64,000 bases of DNA from the NCBI GenBank assembly GCA_964648365.1, contig CAZYLK010000001.1, forward strand, positions 762 to 64,761, in the 5' to 3' direction. The notes beneath the pieces were generated by a model, which saw nothing but the letters and a program-made list of their open reading frames with translations, ran no database searches and was not told where the DNA came from. The DNA comes from an uncultured Phycisphaeraceae bacterium (GTDB lineage: Bacteria > Planctomycetota > Phycisphaerae > UBA1845). The translations under genes were made by a program, and so were the position numbers. Shown piece by piece: positions 9,644-18,777 of this stretch (positions are counted from its first letter, which is position 1; the number at the start of each line of letters is the position of its first letter).

Positions 9644-9675
9644 CATTCGTTATTCGCCATTCGCTATTCGCCATT
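9644..9675. repeat. Family B octamer array (GAATNNCG read on minus strand), 3 nt downstream of hypE stop
   Basis: The plus strand reads cattcgttattcgccattcgctattcgccatt. The minus sense reads aatggcgaatagcgaatggcgaataacgaatg. Confidence 0.9.
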
Positions 9676-9678
9676 TCC

Positions 9679-10728
9679 TCAACATATCCTCGGCAACTGC
9701 TCGCCGGCCAGCATCGCAACTACCCGCTCGCCGCCGATCAGCGACTTCAGCGTGACGATGCCGGGGTGATCGTTGACGACCTCGCCGATGTCGGCGGCGT
9801 CGCGGCCGAGCGGGTGGGAGCGCATCGCGGCCAGCACGGCCGCGGCATCGTCCGGCGGCACGATGGCAATGACCTTGCCTTCGTTGGCGACGTAGAGCGG
9901 GTCCAGCCCCAGCATCTCACAGGCGGCGCGGACTTCCGGCCGGATCGGCAGGGCCGACTCAACCAGTTTCATCCCCACCCGGGAGGCAGCGGCGATTTCG
10001 TTAAGCGCGCTGGAGACGCCGCCGCGCGTCGGATCGCGCATGCAATGAATGCGCGGCGACGCGGACAGCATCGCGCGGGTCAGTCCATTAAGAGCGGCGC
10101 TGTCGCTGAGAAGCTGCGTCTCGAACGAGATACCCTCGCGCACCGACATGATGGCGATGCCGTGATCGCCGAGTGTGCCGGAGACGAGGATGCGATCTCC
10201 GGGGCGGGCGTTTTTCGCGGAGATGGAAGGGCGATCGGTCGGGATGACGCCCAGGCCGGTGGTGGTGATGTAGACCTGATCGCCCTTGCCACGATCGACG
10301 ACCTTGGTATCCCCGGTGACCAGCGCCACGCCGGCCGTGCGGCAGGCGTCCTGCATCGACGCACAGATCCGCCGCAGATCGTCCAAGGCGAGTCCTTCTT
10401 CGAGGATGAACGCGGCCGCGATACAGATCGGCTCGGCGCCGCCGACCGCCAGGTCATTGATCGTGCCATGCACGGCCAGCGAGCCGATGTCGCCGCCGGG
10501 GAAGAAAATCGGCCGCACGACGAAGGAATCCGTCGTGATAGCAATACGCCCGCCGCGGGTGCCGAGCAGCGCAGGATCCAGCACGGCCTGATCCTCAAGT
10601 GCGTCGAGTACGGGATTACTGAAGGCCGGGAGGAACACTTTTTCCACAAGCTGCCGGCTGAGCGTCCCGCCGCTGCCGTGACCCAGCACGACAAACCGGT
10701 CCTGCGGCAACGGCGCGGGGCAGGTCAT
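9679..10728 (-). CDS. hypE: Hydrogenase maturation protein HypE
   Basis: The N-terminal part has VVLGHGSGG, the body is AIR-synthase-like, and the C-terminus is the diagnostic ...EQLPRIC. The start was set to ATG 10728; the ORF extends to 10800. Confidence 0.9.
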   Translation of the reverse strand: MTCPAPLPQDRFVVLGHGSGGTLSRQLVEKVFLPAFSNPVLDALEDQAVLDPALLGTRGGRIAITTDSFVVRPIFFPGGDIGSLAVHGTINDLAVGGAEPICIAAAFILEEGLALDDLRRICASMQDACRTAGVALVTGDTKVVDRGKGDQVYITTTGLGVIPTDRPSISAKNARPGDRILVSGTLGDHGIAIMSVREGISFETQLLSDSAALNGLTRAMLSASPRIHCMRDPTRGGVSSALNEIAAASRVGMKLVESALPIRPEVRAACEMLGLDPLYVANEGKVIAIVPPDDAAAVLAAMRSHPLGRDAADIGEVVNDHPGIVTLKSLIGGERVVAMLAGEQLPRIC

Positions 10729-10858
10729 AGATTCCAAGGGATTGGGGTCAGGCATATCAGGACTCACGGCAGAGTGTGATCCGCAGATCTCGTAGATCAA
10801 AGAAGCATAGTGGGCTCACTGATCGCGACGGTTACGCGCGGCGGCCACTGCTTCCCCT

Positions 10859-10891
10859 AATTCGTTATTCGCTATTCGCTATTCGCCATTC
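10859..10891. repeat. Family B octamer array overlapping the 3' end of hypD
   Basis: aattcgttattcgctattcgctattcgccattc. The hypD C-terminus ...GRMANSE and its TAG stop (10872-10874) are encoded by the array. Confidence 0.9.
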
Positions 10892-11972
10892 TGCCTCTAT
10901 ACTGATAATACGCCGCGCAAGCGCCCTCCGATGAAACCATCGTCGCGCCCAGCGGCGTCTGCGGCGTGCAGCGGGTTGCGAAGGCGGGGCACTCGTGTGG
11001 CTTGCGGATGCCCTGCAAGACCTGTCCGCTGATGCACTCGGCGGATTCTCGCACGGTCAGGCCGCTTACGCCGAATCGACGGCCGGCATCGTAGTCAGCG
11101 TACTCGGGGCGAAGGTGATAGCCGCTCATCGGGATCGATCCGATCCCGCGCCAGGTGCGATCGCCGATCTCGAAGACGTCGATGATCACGCGCAACGATT
11201 CGACGTTCGCCTCCCGACGCACGGCTCGGGCATACTGATTTTCGACGCCGACGCGACCCTCTTCTAACATGCACACGCATCGGTAGACCCCCTCCAGCAG
11301 GTCGAGCGGCTCGAAACCGGTCACGACGATCGGGATGTGAAACCGCTCCGCCAGCTCCTCATATTCAGTGAATCCCATAACGGTACACACGTGTCCGGCC
11401 GCCAGGAATGCCTGCACACGGTTAGTGGGAGATGAGAGGATCGCCGTGATGGCAGGCGGGACGAGCACGTGGGAGACGAGTACAGAGAAGTTCGTCAGTC
11501 CCAGCCGCTTCGCCTGCCACACGGCCATGGCATTGGCCGGTGCGGTCGTCTCGAAGCCGACGGCGAAGAATACGACGGACTTGTCCGGGTTCGTAGCCGC
11601 GATCTTCAAACAGTCCAGCGGCGAGTAGACGATGCGCACGTCGCCGCCGCCGGCCTTGACGCTGAGCAGATCGCCGCAGCTTCCCGGCACGCGCAGCATA
11701 TCGCCGTAGGAGCAGAAGATCACGTCCGGCCGGGCGGCGATGATCAGGGCCTGGTCGATCACCTCCAGCGGCGTGACGCACACCGGGCAGCCCGGCCCGT
11801 GGATGAGCGTGATCTGCCGCGGCAGCAGATCGTCGATGCCGTACTTGACGATTGTGTGCGTCTGCCCGCCGCAGACTTCCATGATCGCCCATGGCCGCGT
11901 GGTCTTGGCGTGGATCAATTCGCACAGTTGCTGCGCTGCCGCCGGGTCGCGATATTCGTCGAGATATTTCAT
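10872..11972 (-). CDS. hypD: Hydrogenase maturation protein HypD
   Basis: MKYLDEYRD..., [10 protein letters not shown] and [10 protein letters not shown] motifs are present. It has a 4-nt overlap with hypC. Confidence 0.92.
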   Translation of the reverse strand: MKYLDEYRDPAAAQQLCELIHAKTTRPWAIMEVCGGQTHTIVKYGIDDLLPRQITLIHGPGCPVCVTPLEVIDQALIIAARPDVIFCSYGDMLRVPGSCGDLLSVKAGGGDVRIVYSPLDCLKIAATNPDKSVVFFAVGFETTAPANAMAVWQAKRLGLTNFSVLVSHVLVPPAITAILSSPTNRVQAFLAAGHVCTVMGFTEYEELAERFHIPIVVTGFEPLDLLEGVYRCVCMLEEGRVGVENQYARAVRREANVESLRVIIDVFEIGDRTWRGIGSIPMSGYHLRPEYADYDAGRRFGVSGLTVRESAECISGQVLQGIRKPHECPAFATRCTPQTPLGATMVSSEGACAAYYQYRGRMANSE

Positions 11973-12229
11973 GGCGCGTCCGGCTCGCCGTGGCGAAGTT
12001 CGTCGAGTTCGTTCATGGAATCAAGAAACGAAAAGACCAGCCCGGCTTCGTCCTCGTGTACACGCGACAGCGCAAAGCCGACGTGAACGATGGCGTATTC
12101 ACCGACTTCGAGGTCGGGCACGTGGGCGAGGCAGACGGACTTCGTAATCCCTCCGAAGTCCACCTTGCCCATCGGCAGGCCGTTCTCGTCGTACTTGGCC
12201 GTCAGTTTTCCGGGTATTCCGAGGCACAT
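11969..12229 (-). CDS. hypC: Hydrogenase maturation chaperone HypC
   Basis: [10 protein letters not shown]-terminus, 86 aa. The tracked ORF 11969..12589 is an artefactual 5' extension through a repeat array. Confidence 0.9.
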   Translation of the reverse strand: MCLGIPGKLTAKYDENGLPMGKVDFGGITKSVCLAHVPDLEVGEYAIVHVGFALSRVHEDEAGLVFSFLDSMNELDELRHGEPDAP

Positions 12230-12242
12230 GGTTTGGCTTCGC

Positions 12243-12302
12243 GGGGAGTCAGAGAGAATAGGGAGTAAGGGAACAAGGGAGTAAGGGAGTAAGGGAAGAA
12301 GG
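12243..12302. repeat. Family A octamer array between hypF stop and hypC start
   Basis: ggggagtcagagagaatagggagtaagggaacaagggagtaagggagtaagggaagaagg. In the hyp (minus) sense it reads as TTACTCCC units ending 13 nt before the hypC ATG. Confidence 0.9.
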
Positions 12303-12585
12303 CATCGGCTTCTTTGTATGAGAAGTATGCAGTTGGGAACGCCTGGCCGTCCTGTCGTGAGTTTCCCGCAAGAAGAACAGGTCGATATAAGCGGCAATGT
12401 GCATTGCCCCGAAGGGGCTGAACATGCCAGCCCAGGGCAACGCCCTGGGTGAGCGTGGCCCGTGAGGAGCCAGCCCTGTAAGGGCGACACATCGCTGTCG
12501 CGGCCCGTTCGGGGCGGCGCGCTGCGGGGCGGGTGCAGCTCGGGGAAGCGTGTTCTTGGTTGGTACACCTCGGCGTGGTCATATC

Positions 12586-15336
12586 TCATCCCGATTGCAG
12601 GGCCACGTCCTTCGCTGCTACCGCCGCTGCAATGGCAAGCTGGCCCAGGCTCAGGCCGCCGTCGTTGGGGGGAACCTGGCGATGGCGGATGACGCGGAAT
12701 CCGTCGCGTTGAAGCCGCGCCGTCGCCCCTTCCAGCAGCAAAACGTTCATGAACACTCCCCCGCTGAGGGCCACCAGGCTAACGCCGGTCTGCGCACGCA
12801 GCCGCCCACACACGTCGACGATCAGTTCGACCAGCGTGGCGTGGAACCGGCGGGCGATCACGGCCGGGTCCACCGATGCCCGCACGGCGCACAGGACGTT
12901 GCGGATCAGCGGGCGGGTGTCGATGATCATAGGCGCGTCAGAATGATCAGGCTGTCGGTCCGCCGCCGCGGGCGTGACGGCGTACGCGTAGGCATCATCG
13001 GGCTGTTGTGCTACCGCCGATCCGCCATGTCCGCGGAGTGACACCGAGTTCGAGCCGGTGGAATCACGGGCTGGAAGCCCGTGCCACACCGCCTCGTTCG
13101 GGCTGCCGTTTAGCGGCGGTGTGGACGCCGCCCATTCCAATTCGATGGCGGCCTGTCCCTCATACGCGGCCGTCTGGCGAATGCCGGCCAGCGCCGCCAC
13201 GGCATCGAACAGGCGGCCCATGCTGGACGTAAGTGGTGCATTGATGCGCTGCCGGATCATCCGCTCGATCACGCTCAGCTTCTGTCGCGACACGTGCCGC
13301 TGGAGCGCCTCGCAAAAGCCGACCGCGTCGATCAGATGCGCGGCGGCCATGCGCCAGGGCTCATGGATCGCCTGCTCGCCGCCGGGCATGGGCACGTAGC
13401 GCAGATGCGCCGCGCGACGGAAGCTGGACAAATCGCCGACCAGAAACTCGCCGCCCCAGACCGCGCCGTCTAGGCCGTAGCCGGTTCCGTCGAAGATCAC
13501 CCCAATGGCCGTCTCGGTCGATCCGTTCTCCGCCAGGCAACTCGCGAGGTGGGCGTGATGGTGCTGCACGGCGAGCCGCCGCGGCGTGCGGTTTGCGAGC
13601 GTCGGTCCCTGCAAATCCGCGCGGGCACAAGCCCGCGGCTCGCTTGAATTGCCGGATTCGCATCGCTGCAGCGCGTATCGCGTGGTCGCGTAGTCCGGGT
13701 GCAGGTCGTGCACGAGCAGCGCCGGCTGAATGTCGAAGAACCGCTCGAAGTCGTCGATGGCCTGCGTGTAGGCTCGAAACGCAGAGAAGTCGTCCAGGTC
13801 GCCGCCGTGGTGGCTGAGCATCGCCTGATGGCCGGCGCCCAGCGCGAACGTCGCTTTTAACTGCCCGCCGACGGCCAGGATGGGGATGCGGCAGTCGCTC
13901 GGCAGCGACAGCGGCTGCGGCACGTACCCCCGCGAGCGCCGCAGGATCAGCGGCGCCCCGCCGGTGACGCGGACGATCGAGTCGTCGCAGCGGCGGTGGA
14001 TCGGCCGGTCGTGCGTCAGCAGCAGATCGGCCAGACCGGCGAAGCGTTGGCGGGCGTCGGAGTCCTCGTAGGCGATCGGCTCGTCGGACAGGTTTCCGCT
14101 GGTCATCACCAGCGGCGTGCCGTCCATCTCGGCCATGAGCAGATGGTGCAGCGGTGTATACGGCAGCATCACGCCCAGCAGCGGATTACCCGGCGCGACG
14201 GCATCGGCGATGGGGTATACAAGCGAGCCGCGGGCTTCAGCCCGCGCGGATTCCCGGCACGGAAAACCCGTCCCGTTCGCAATCGACACGCCCTTACGGA
14301 GCGCAACGTCGCCCACTGACGCCGACGCCAAATCCAGCCCCGGCCGCAGAATGCCGAGTGTGGTTGCTGGAACGAGTGGAGAGCCAAACGAGTCAGGTGA
14401 CGCGGAGTTTCGCCGAACGTCCGCGCGGGCTGAAGCCCGCGGCTCGCTTTCGCTCGTGAGTTCTTCTGCATGGCCGGATCGCCGCTTCAGCAGCACGATC
14501 GGTCGGCGCACATCCTCCAGCAGCCGCGCCTCATCGTACGACACCTCGCAGATCGCCTCGGCCGCGGCCAGATCGCGGACCATGATCGCGAACGGCTTTT
14601 CCTCGCGATGCTTGCGGCCGCGGAGCCTCTCAACGGCGGCTCCGTCCGACGCCAGGCAGGCGAGGTGATAGCCGCCCAGCCCTTTGATCGCCACGATGGC
14701 GCCGCGGCGCAGGGATTCGGCCGCGGCGCGCAGCGGGTCATCTGTGGCTGCCGCGGTACCGTCGGGGGTCTCAAGCGCCAGTCGCGGCCCGCACACCGGG
14801 CAGGCGGTCGGCTCGGCGTGAAAGCGGCGGTTGGCCGGATCCTCATATTCCCGGCGGCAGGCGTCGCACATGTCGAACCGCGACATCGTTGTCTGCGCGC
14901 GGTCGTAAGGGACGCCGGTGATGATCGTCAGCCGCGGTCCGCAATGGGTGCAATTCAAGAACGGGTAGCGATAGCGGCGGTCGGCCGGGTCGAAGAGTTC
15001 GGTCAGACATTCCGGGCACGTCGCCACGTCGGCCGGTACGGACACGCGCGACCCGCCGTCCGGTTCGCTGGCGACGATCTCAAATGCCCGGTCGTGTTGC
15101 GGCGGGCAGTCCTGCCACTCAACCCGGTCGATGCGGGCCAGCGGCGGGAGACGATCCGTCAACGCTTGTTGGAACCGGCTCAGGGTGGCGGCCGCGCCCT
15201 CGACTTGGATGAGTACGTGCGAGCCTTCGTTGCGCACGAAGCCGGTCAGGCCAAGCTGTGAGGCAACACGGTGGACGAAGGGGCGGAACCCGATCCCCTG
15301 CACCAGACCCGTGACTTTGGCACTTCGCCGGACCAT
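12586..15336 (-). CDS. hypF: Carbamoyltransferase HypF, enlarged by in-frame repeat-derived insertions
   Basis: Acylphosphatase N-terminus VTGLVQGIGFRPFV. Two zinc-finger pairs (CPECLTELFDP...CTHCGPR; CDACRREYEDP...CPVCGPR). YrdC-like and Kae1-like parts (GVMLPYTPLHHLL, VQHHHAHLAS). The start was set to ATG 15336. The product is 916 aa versus about 750 aa in E. coli HypF. Confidence 0.9.
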   Translation of the reverse strand: MVRRSAKVTGLVQGIGFRPFVHRVASQLGLTGFVRNEGSHVLIQVEGAAATLSRFQQALTDRLPPLARIDRVEWQDCPPQHDRAFEIVASEPDGGSRVSVPADVATCPECLTELFDPADRRYRYPFLNCTHCGPRLTIITGVPYDRAQTTMSRFDMCDACRREYEDPANRRFHAEPTACPVCGPRLALETPDGTAAATDDPLRAAAESLRRGAIVAIKGLGGYHLACLASDGAAVERLRGRKHREEKPFAIMVRDLAAAEAICEVSYDEARLLEDVRRPIVLLKRRSGHAEELTSESEPRASARADVRRNSASPDSFGSPLVPATTLGILRPGLDLASASVGDVALRKGVSIANGTGFPCRESARAEARGSLVYPIADAVAPGNPLLGVMLPYTPLHHLLMAEMDGTPLVMTSGNLSDEPIAYEDSDARQRFAGLADLLLTHDRPIHRRCDDSIVRVTGGAPLILRRSRGYVPQPLSLPSDCRIPILAVGGQLKATFALGAGHQAMLSHHGGDLDDFSAFRAYTQAIDDFERFFDIQPALLVHDLHPDYATTRYALQRCESGNSSEPRACARADLQGPTLANRTPRRLAVQHHHAHLASCLAENGSTETAIGVIFDGTGYGLDGAVWGGEFLVGDLSSFRRAAHLRYVPMPGGEQAIHEPWRMAAAHLIDAVGFCEALQRHVSRQKLSVIERMIRQRINAPLTSSMGRLFDAVAALAGIRQTAAYEGQAAIELEWAASTPPLNGSPNEAVWHGLPARDSTGSNSVSLRGHGGSAVAQQPDDAYAYAVTPAAADRQPDHSDAPMIIDTRPLIRNVLCAVRASVDPAVIARRFHATLVELIVDVCGRLRAQTGVSLVALSGGVFMNVLLLEGATARLQRDGFRVIRHRQVPPNDGGLSLGQLAIAAAVAAKDVALQSG
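13065..13087. repeat. H3-type hairpin (CACGGGCTGGAAGCCCGTGCCAC) inside hypF coding sequence
   Basis: Read directly. It shares the gaatcacggg...cccgtgccac frame with the intergenic copies at 15399-15421 and 15467-15489. Confidence 0.8.
13616..13641. repeat. H4-type hairpin (TCCGCGCGGGCACAAGCCCGCGGCTC) inside hypF coding sequence
   Basis: Read directly. It is translated as ...SSEPRACARAD... in HypF. Confidence 0.85.
14225..14445. repeat. MITE-like 221-bp segment bounded by inverted H4 hairpins (14225-14250 and 14420-14445) inside hypF
   Basis: gagccgcgggcttcagcccgcgcgga at the left end and its reverse complement tccgcgcgggctgaagcccgcggctc at the right end. The whole segment stays in frame in HypF. 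Confidence 0.8.
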
Positions 15337-15367
15337 CGCATCACAGTCCACCAGCAGGATGCCGGAG

Positions 15368-15489
15368 CACCGGTTGAAAACCGGTGCCACAAGAGAATCA
15401 CGGGCAAGATGCCCGTGCCACACGTGCCACACAGACGCCGGTTGCAAACCGGTGCCACAGGAGAATCACGGGCAAGATGCCCGTGCCAC
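15368..15489. repeat. Duplicated composite hairpin unit [H1 + H3] x2 between hypB stop and hypF start
   Basis: The four modules are caccggttgaaaaccggtgccac (15368-15390), cacgggcaagatgcccgtgccac (15399-15421), ccggttgcaaaccggtgccac (15438-15458) and cacgggcaagatgcccgtgccac (15467-15489). Confidence 0.9.
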
Positions 15490-15494
15490 GGGGG

Positions 15495-16193
15495 TCACCG
15501 GTGACAAGCCGGCGCCACGGTTTCGCGACCGGCGGTGACCAATTCGATCACTTCATCGACGCCGACCCCGTTGCGGACGGATGTTTCGATGACCCGCATT
15601 CCCGGTCGGACCCGCCAGATGGCGTCGAGCATCGCGCGGCTGTCGAACCCCGCGGCCGCGGCCAGATCCACTTTCGTCAGCACGCACACGTCGGCCGTGT
15701 TGAAGATCGTCGGGTACTTCAGCGGCTTGTCCTCGCCTTCGGTGGTCGACACGAGGACCAGCCGCAGATCTTCGCCGAGGTCGTAACTGGCCGGGCAGAC
15801 GAGGTTGCCGACGTTTTCGATAAACAGAAAATCAAGCTCATCCAGGCGCCACGGTTGCTCTGCTTCATCGCCACCGGCCAGCGCACGTTCGATCATTGCC
15901 GCTTCCAGATGGCAGACGGTTCCCGTGACGATCTGCCGCACGGCCGCGCCGCTGGCGGAAAGCCGCCTGGCGTCGTTGTCCGTCGCCAGATCGCCGACCA
16001 GCGCCGCGACGCGATGGGCTCTGCCCAGGCGTCGGAGCACCTCGCAGAGGAGCGACGTCTTGCCCGCGCCCGGGCTGGAGACGAGGCTGACGACGAACGT
16101 TCCCGCCTCGTGAAACCGACTCCGCAGCGCGCGTGCGACCACGTCGTTGTGCTTGAGGATCTGCCGGCGTACTTCGACCAGGCGCGTTGTCAT
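15495..16193 (-). CDS. hypB: Hydrogenase nickel-incorporation GTPase HypB
   Basis: P-loop SSPGAGKTSLL and a G3E-family layout. It has a 4-nt overlap with hypA. Confidence 0.9.
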   Translation of the reverse strand: MTTRLVEVRRQILKHNDVVARALRSRFHEAGTFVVSLVSSPGAGKTSLLCEVLRRLGRAHRVAALVGDLATDNDARRLSASGAAVRQIVTGTVCHLEAAMIERALAGGDEAEQPWRLDELDFLFIENVGNLVCPASYDLGEDLRLVLVSTTEGEDKPLKYPTIFNTADVCVLTKVDLAAAAGFDSRAMLDAIWRVRPGMRVIETSVRNGVGVDEVIELVTAGRETVAPACHR

Positions 16194-16537
16194 TCGAGCA
16201 CCTCCAGCGCGGCGATTTCCAGTTCCCGCCCGGCCACCACCTGCGTCGATGGCGTCCCACAGACGACGCAGCGAGGCTCATAGTCCGATACCGCGGCCTG
16301 TTCGCGGCCGCAGCCATCGCAGTAGATCCGCAGCGGCACCTCCTCGATGGTCAGCGCGGCGTCGGCGACGGCCGAACCCTGCCGGGCCAGCTCGAACGCG
16401 GACGTCAGAGCCTCCGCGACGACGCCGGCCAGCCGGCCCAGCCGCACGCGGATCGCCGCGACGTGCAGGCCGCCCGCCGCGGCGGCCTCCTGGCTCGCCA
16501 AGTGGACGATATTGAGCGCGATTGACAGCTCGTGCAT
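16190..16537 (-). CDS. hypA: Hydrogenase nickel insertion protein HypA
   Basis: MHELSIA N-terminus and a zinc site CDGCG...CVVCG, 115 aa. Confidence 0.9.
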   Translation of the reverse strand: MHELSIALNIVHLASQEAAAAGGLHVAAIRVRLGRLAGVVAEALTSAFELARQGSAVADAALTIEEVPLRIYCDGCGREQAAVSDYEPRCVVCGTPSTQVVAGRELEIAALEVLE

Positions 16538-16696
16538 GGCCCCGCGGCTCCAGGGGACGGTCCCATGCGGAGGTGTGGCAACACGCGTGCCAGCCTCCCG
16601 AACGGTGACCCACCTGGCTCAAAGGGCTATGCCGGTGGTAGACGTGCAGGTCAGGCCGTCGGTTGAACACCGAGGGGCTGAACCGGCCGGGGGGTG

Positions 16697-16921
16697 TTAC
16701 CGCCGGTAGATGATCCGCCCGCGATTGAGGTCGTAGGGGGAGACTTCGATCAGGACGCGGTCGCCCGGCAGGATGCGGATGTAGTGCTTCCGCATCTTGC
16801 CCGAGATGTGGCACAAGACCCGGTGCTTGTCCTGACCGACGTCCACCTCGATGGTGAACATCGCGTTCGGCAGCGCCTGGACCACCGTACCCTCCATCTC
16901 GATGACTTCAGCTTTCGCCAT
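16697..16921 (-). CDS. infA: Translation initiation factor IF-1
   Basis: [26 protein letters not shown]...[33 protein letters not shown]. The start was set to ATG 16921. Confidence 0.95.
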   Translation of the reverse strand: MAKAEVIEMEGTVVQALPNAMFTIEVDVGQDKHRVLCHISGKMRKHYIRILPGDRVLIEVSPYDLNRGRIIYRR

Positions 16922-17244
16922 AGGCTCCCTGCTTCGCATCCACGCCCGCCGCCGCGGCCGGCGACTCCCGGACCGCACGACCCCGGCGGGGTCTCAAATC
17001 GAAGGGGGGAGTATACGGGCGCTTCCCCGCTGCCTCAACCCGGCGTCTTATCGGCGCCGCGACGGGGAGTAGCGGGGGGCGGCCGTGGACGGCGACCGCG
17101 TCGGCCGGCCCTTTCGAGGGAGCCGCGCAAAGCCTCATCGGCCTCAGAGTGTCGCGGCGGATGTAAGTGCGGGTTCCATCGGACGGTGCGTCCCTGCCGG
17201 CGCCGGGCGGTGCGAGCGCGTCGTCGCTGCCTGAGCCGTCGCCA

Positions 17245-18495
17245 TCAACCGCAGCTTTCGCGGACGCCGCGCACTTTCCTGCACGCGCCGGCGCCCCCGT
17301 CCGGGCAGTCGATCTTGCGGAGCTTCAACTTTTTGTCGCATTCCGCGATCTGCTCGCAGCGTGTGTCAGAGGCGAAACGGTCGCCGCGTGCCGGGCACGC
17401 ATCGCATCCGCCGCGGGCCTTGGATGCATGCTTGAGGGAGTAGACGCACCGGTTTCCCGGTTCGACGACTTCCGCCAGATCCGGCCGGTAGCTCTCCAGC
17501 GTGCAGCGGATGCGACGCGCCTGCTGAGCCGTGAACTCCGTCATGCACAGATCGTCGGTGTAGTCCATGTAGTTCGTGTAGGGGTCGGGCGTGGAACACG
17601 AGACGGGGTTGCGCGGGCAGTCGTAATTCGGTTCTCGCTGCGTGTTCGTGTCGCAGATCGTGTCGCCGCGGGTGAAGCACTGCCCCTCGTTGTGGCAGCC
17701 GCCGTCAAACGTGTGCCACAGGCCGAGGTAGTGGCCGACCTCGTGCGTGGCAGTGCGGCCCTGGTCGTACGGCGCCTCAGGCGCGTTGCGTCCGAAGACG
17801 CTGTGCAAAATCACCACGCGGTCGGACTTGCCGCCGACGTTGCCGTCCTGGGGCAGGAAGGGCACGTAGCCGAGGGCGCCGCGCGGCGAGTTGGTGTAGA
17901 TGTTCATGTAACGGTGCGGATCCCACGCCAGTTCGCGGTAGTAGTCGCCGTCGTCGTCGAACCAGGTGTTGTTGACGGTTCGGGTGATGCCGGTGGTGGG
18001 GTTGCCGTCGGGGTCGGTCGTGGCCAGGAAGAACTCGATCTGGATGTCCGTGCCGTCCTGGCCGTTGGTGCCCGGCAGGGCGAGGAAATCCTCGTTGAGG
18101 ATGTCGATCTGGCTGCGAACCCGTTCGTCAGGGATCGCCCCGCGGCCGTTGGTGCGCTCGATCACGTGGACGACGACGGGGATGCGGTACCGGCGGACAC
18201 CGGGGTCGTACACGTCTCTCGGGTTTGTGGACGAGTAGCCGCAATCGTCGTTGAGCGCGCCCGGCCCGGCCTCTCCGGCGGGCGGCGTGGCGCAGCGCAT
18301 TCCGTGCGTCCGAAACAGGTCGGATTCGAGGTAATCGGACCATGAGGCAAACGTCCGCCCGGCGGCGACGACGGCGCCGTCCTCGCGCTCTTCGAACGCA
18401 GGGAGGTCGGGGCGCTGGGCGAAGGCCGTCGCGACCGGCGATGCCGCGGCAACGAGGAGCGAGAGCGATAGAATCGTACGGCTGGGCGTCTTCAT
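17245..18495 (-). CDS. Secreted zinc metallopeptidase (M43/pappalysin-like HExxHxxGxxH) with C-terminal 8-Cys domain
   Basis: Signal peptide MKTPSRTILSLSLLVAAASPVATAFA. Zinc site THEVGHYLGLWHTF. C-terminal Cys-rich tail CVYSLKHASKARGGCDACP...CDKKLK...CRKVRGVRESCG. Confidence 0.8.
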   Translation of the reverse strand: MKTPSRTILSLSLLVAAASPVATAFAQRPDLPAFEEREDGAVVAAGRTFASWSDYLESDLFRTHGMRCATPPAGEAGPGALNDDCGYSSTNPRDVYDPGVRRYRIPVVVHVIERTNGRGAIPDERVRSQIDILNEDFLALPGTNGQDGTDIQIEFFLATTDPDGNPTTGITRTVNNTWFDDDGDYYRELAWDPHRYMNIYTNSPRGALGYVPFLPQDGNVGGKSDRVVILHSVFGRNAPEAPYDQGRTATHEVGHYLGLWHTFDGGCHNEGQCFTRGDTICDTNTQREPNYDCPRNPVSCSTPDPYTNYMDYTDDLCMTEFTAQQARRIRCTLESYRPDLAEVVEPGNRCVYSLKHASKARGGCDACPARGDRFASDTRCEQIAECDKKLKLRKIDCPDGGAGACRKVRGVRESCG

Positions 18496-18777
18496 GTCAT
18501 AGGCTCCGGGGCGACCACCGTCGGCCTTTCCCATTGTAGCAAACCCGAGCCCTCAAGGTGACCGAAGGCCCGGTGCGTTTCGACGTGGTCGGATCGTGAC
18601 GATGAGGCTCGACGGCGCAGCGTCCCGCTCGTGCCTCTCGGGCATGGCGGTGGGAACGCGGAAACGATGGGGGCTTCCGACGGCGCGGCCGGCGGGGTAG
18701 ACTAGGCGTATGAGTTTTCACTGGGCATTTGATGCAGGGACTCACCACGCGGGTGAATGCTCAACCGAGGCGGAATC

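Noticed and set aside
12230-12589. 5' extensions of tracked ORFs that run through repeats (hypC to 12589, hypF to 15447, cyt b subunit to 1886, gdhA to 21074, mutase to 7261)
   Set aside because: The extra residues are translations of repeat elements (for example LLPYSLVPLLP, VWHVWHGHLARD, GATRGHRVTTG) or R/P-rich spacer. Conserved N-termini with ATG starts lie downstream.
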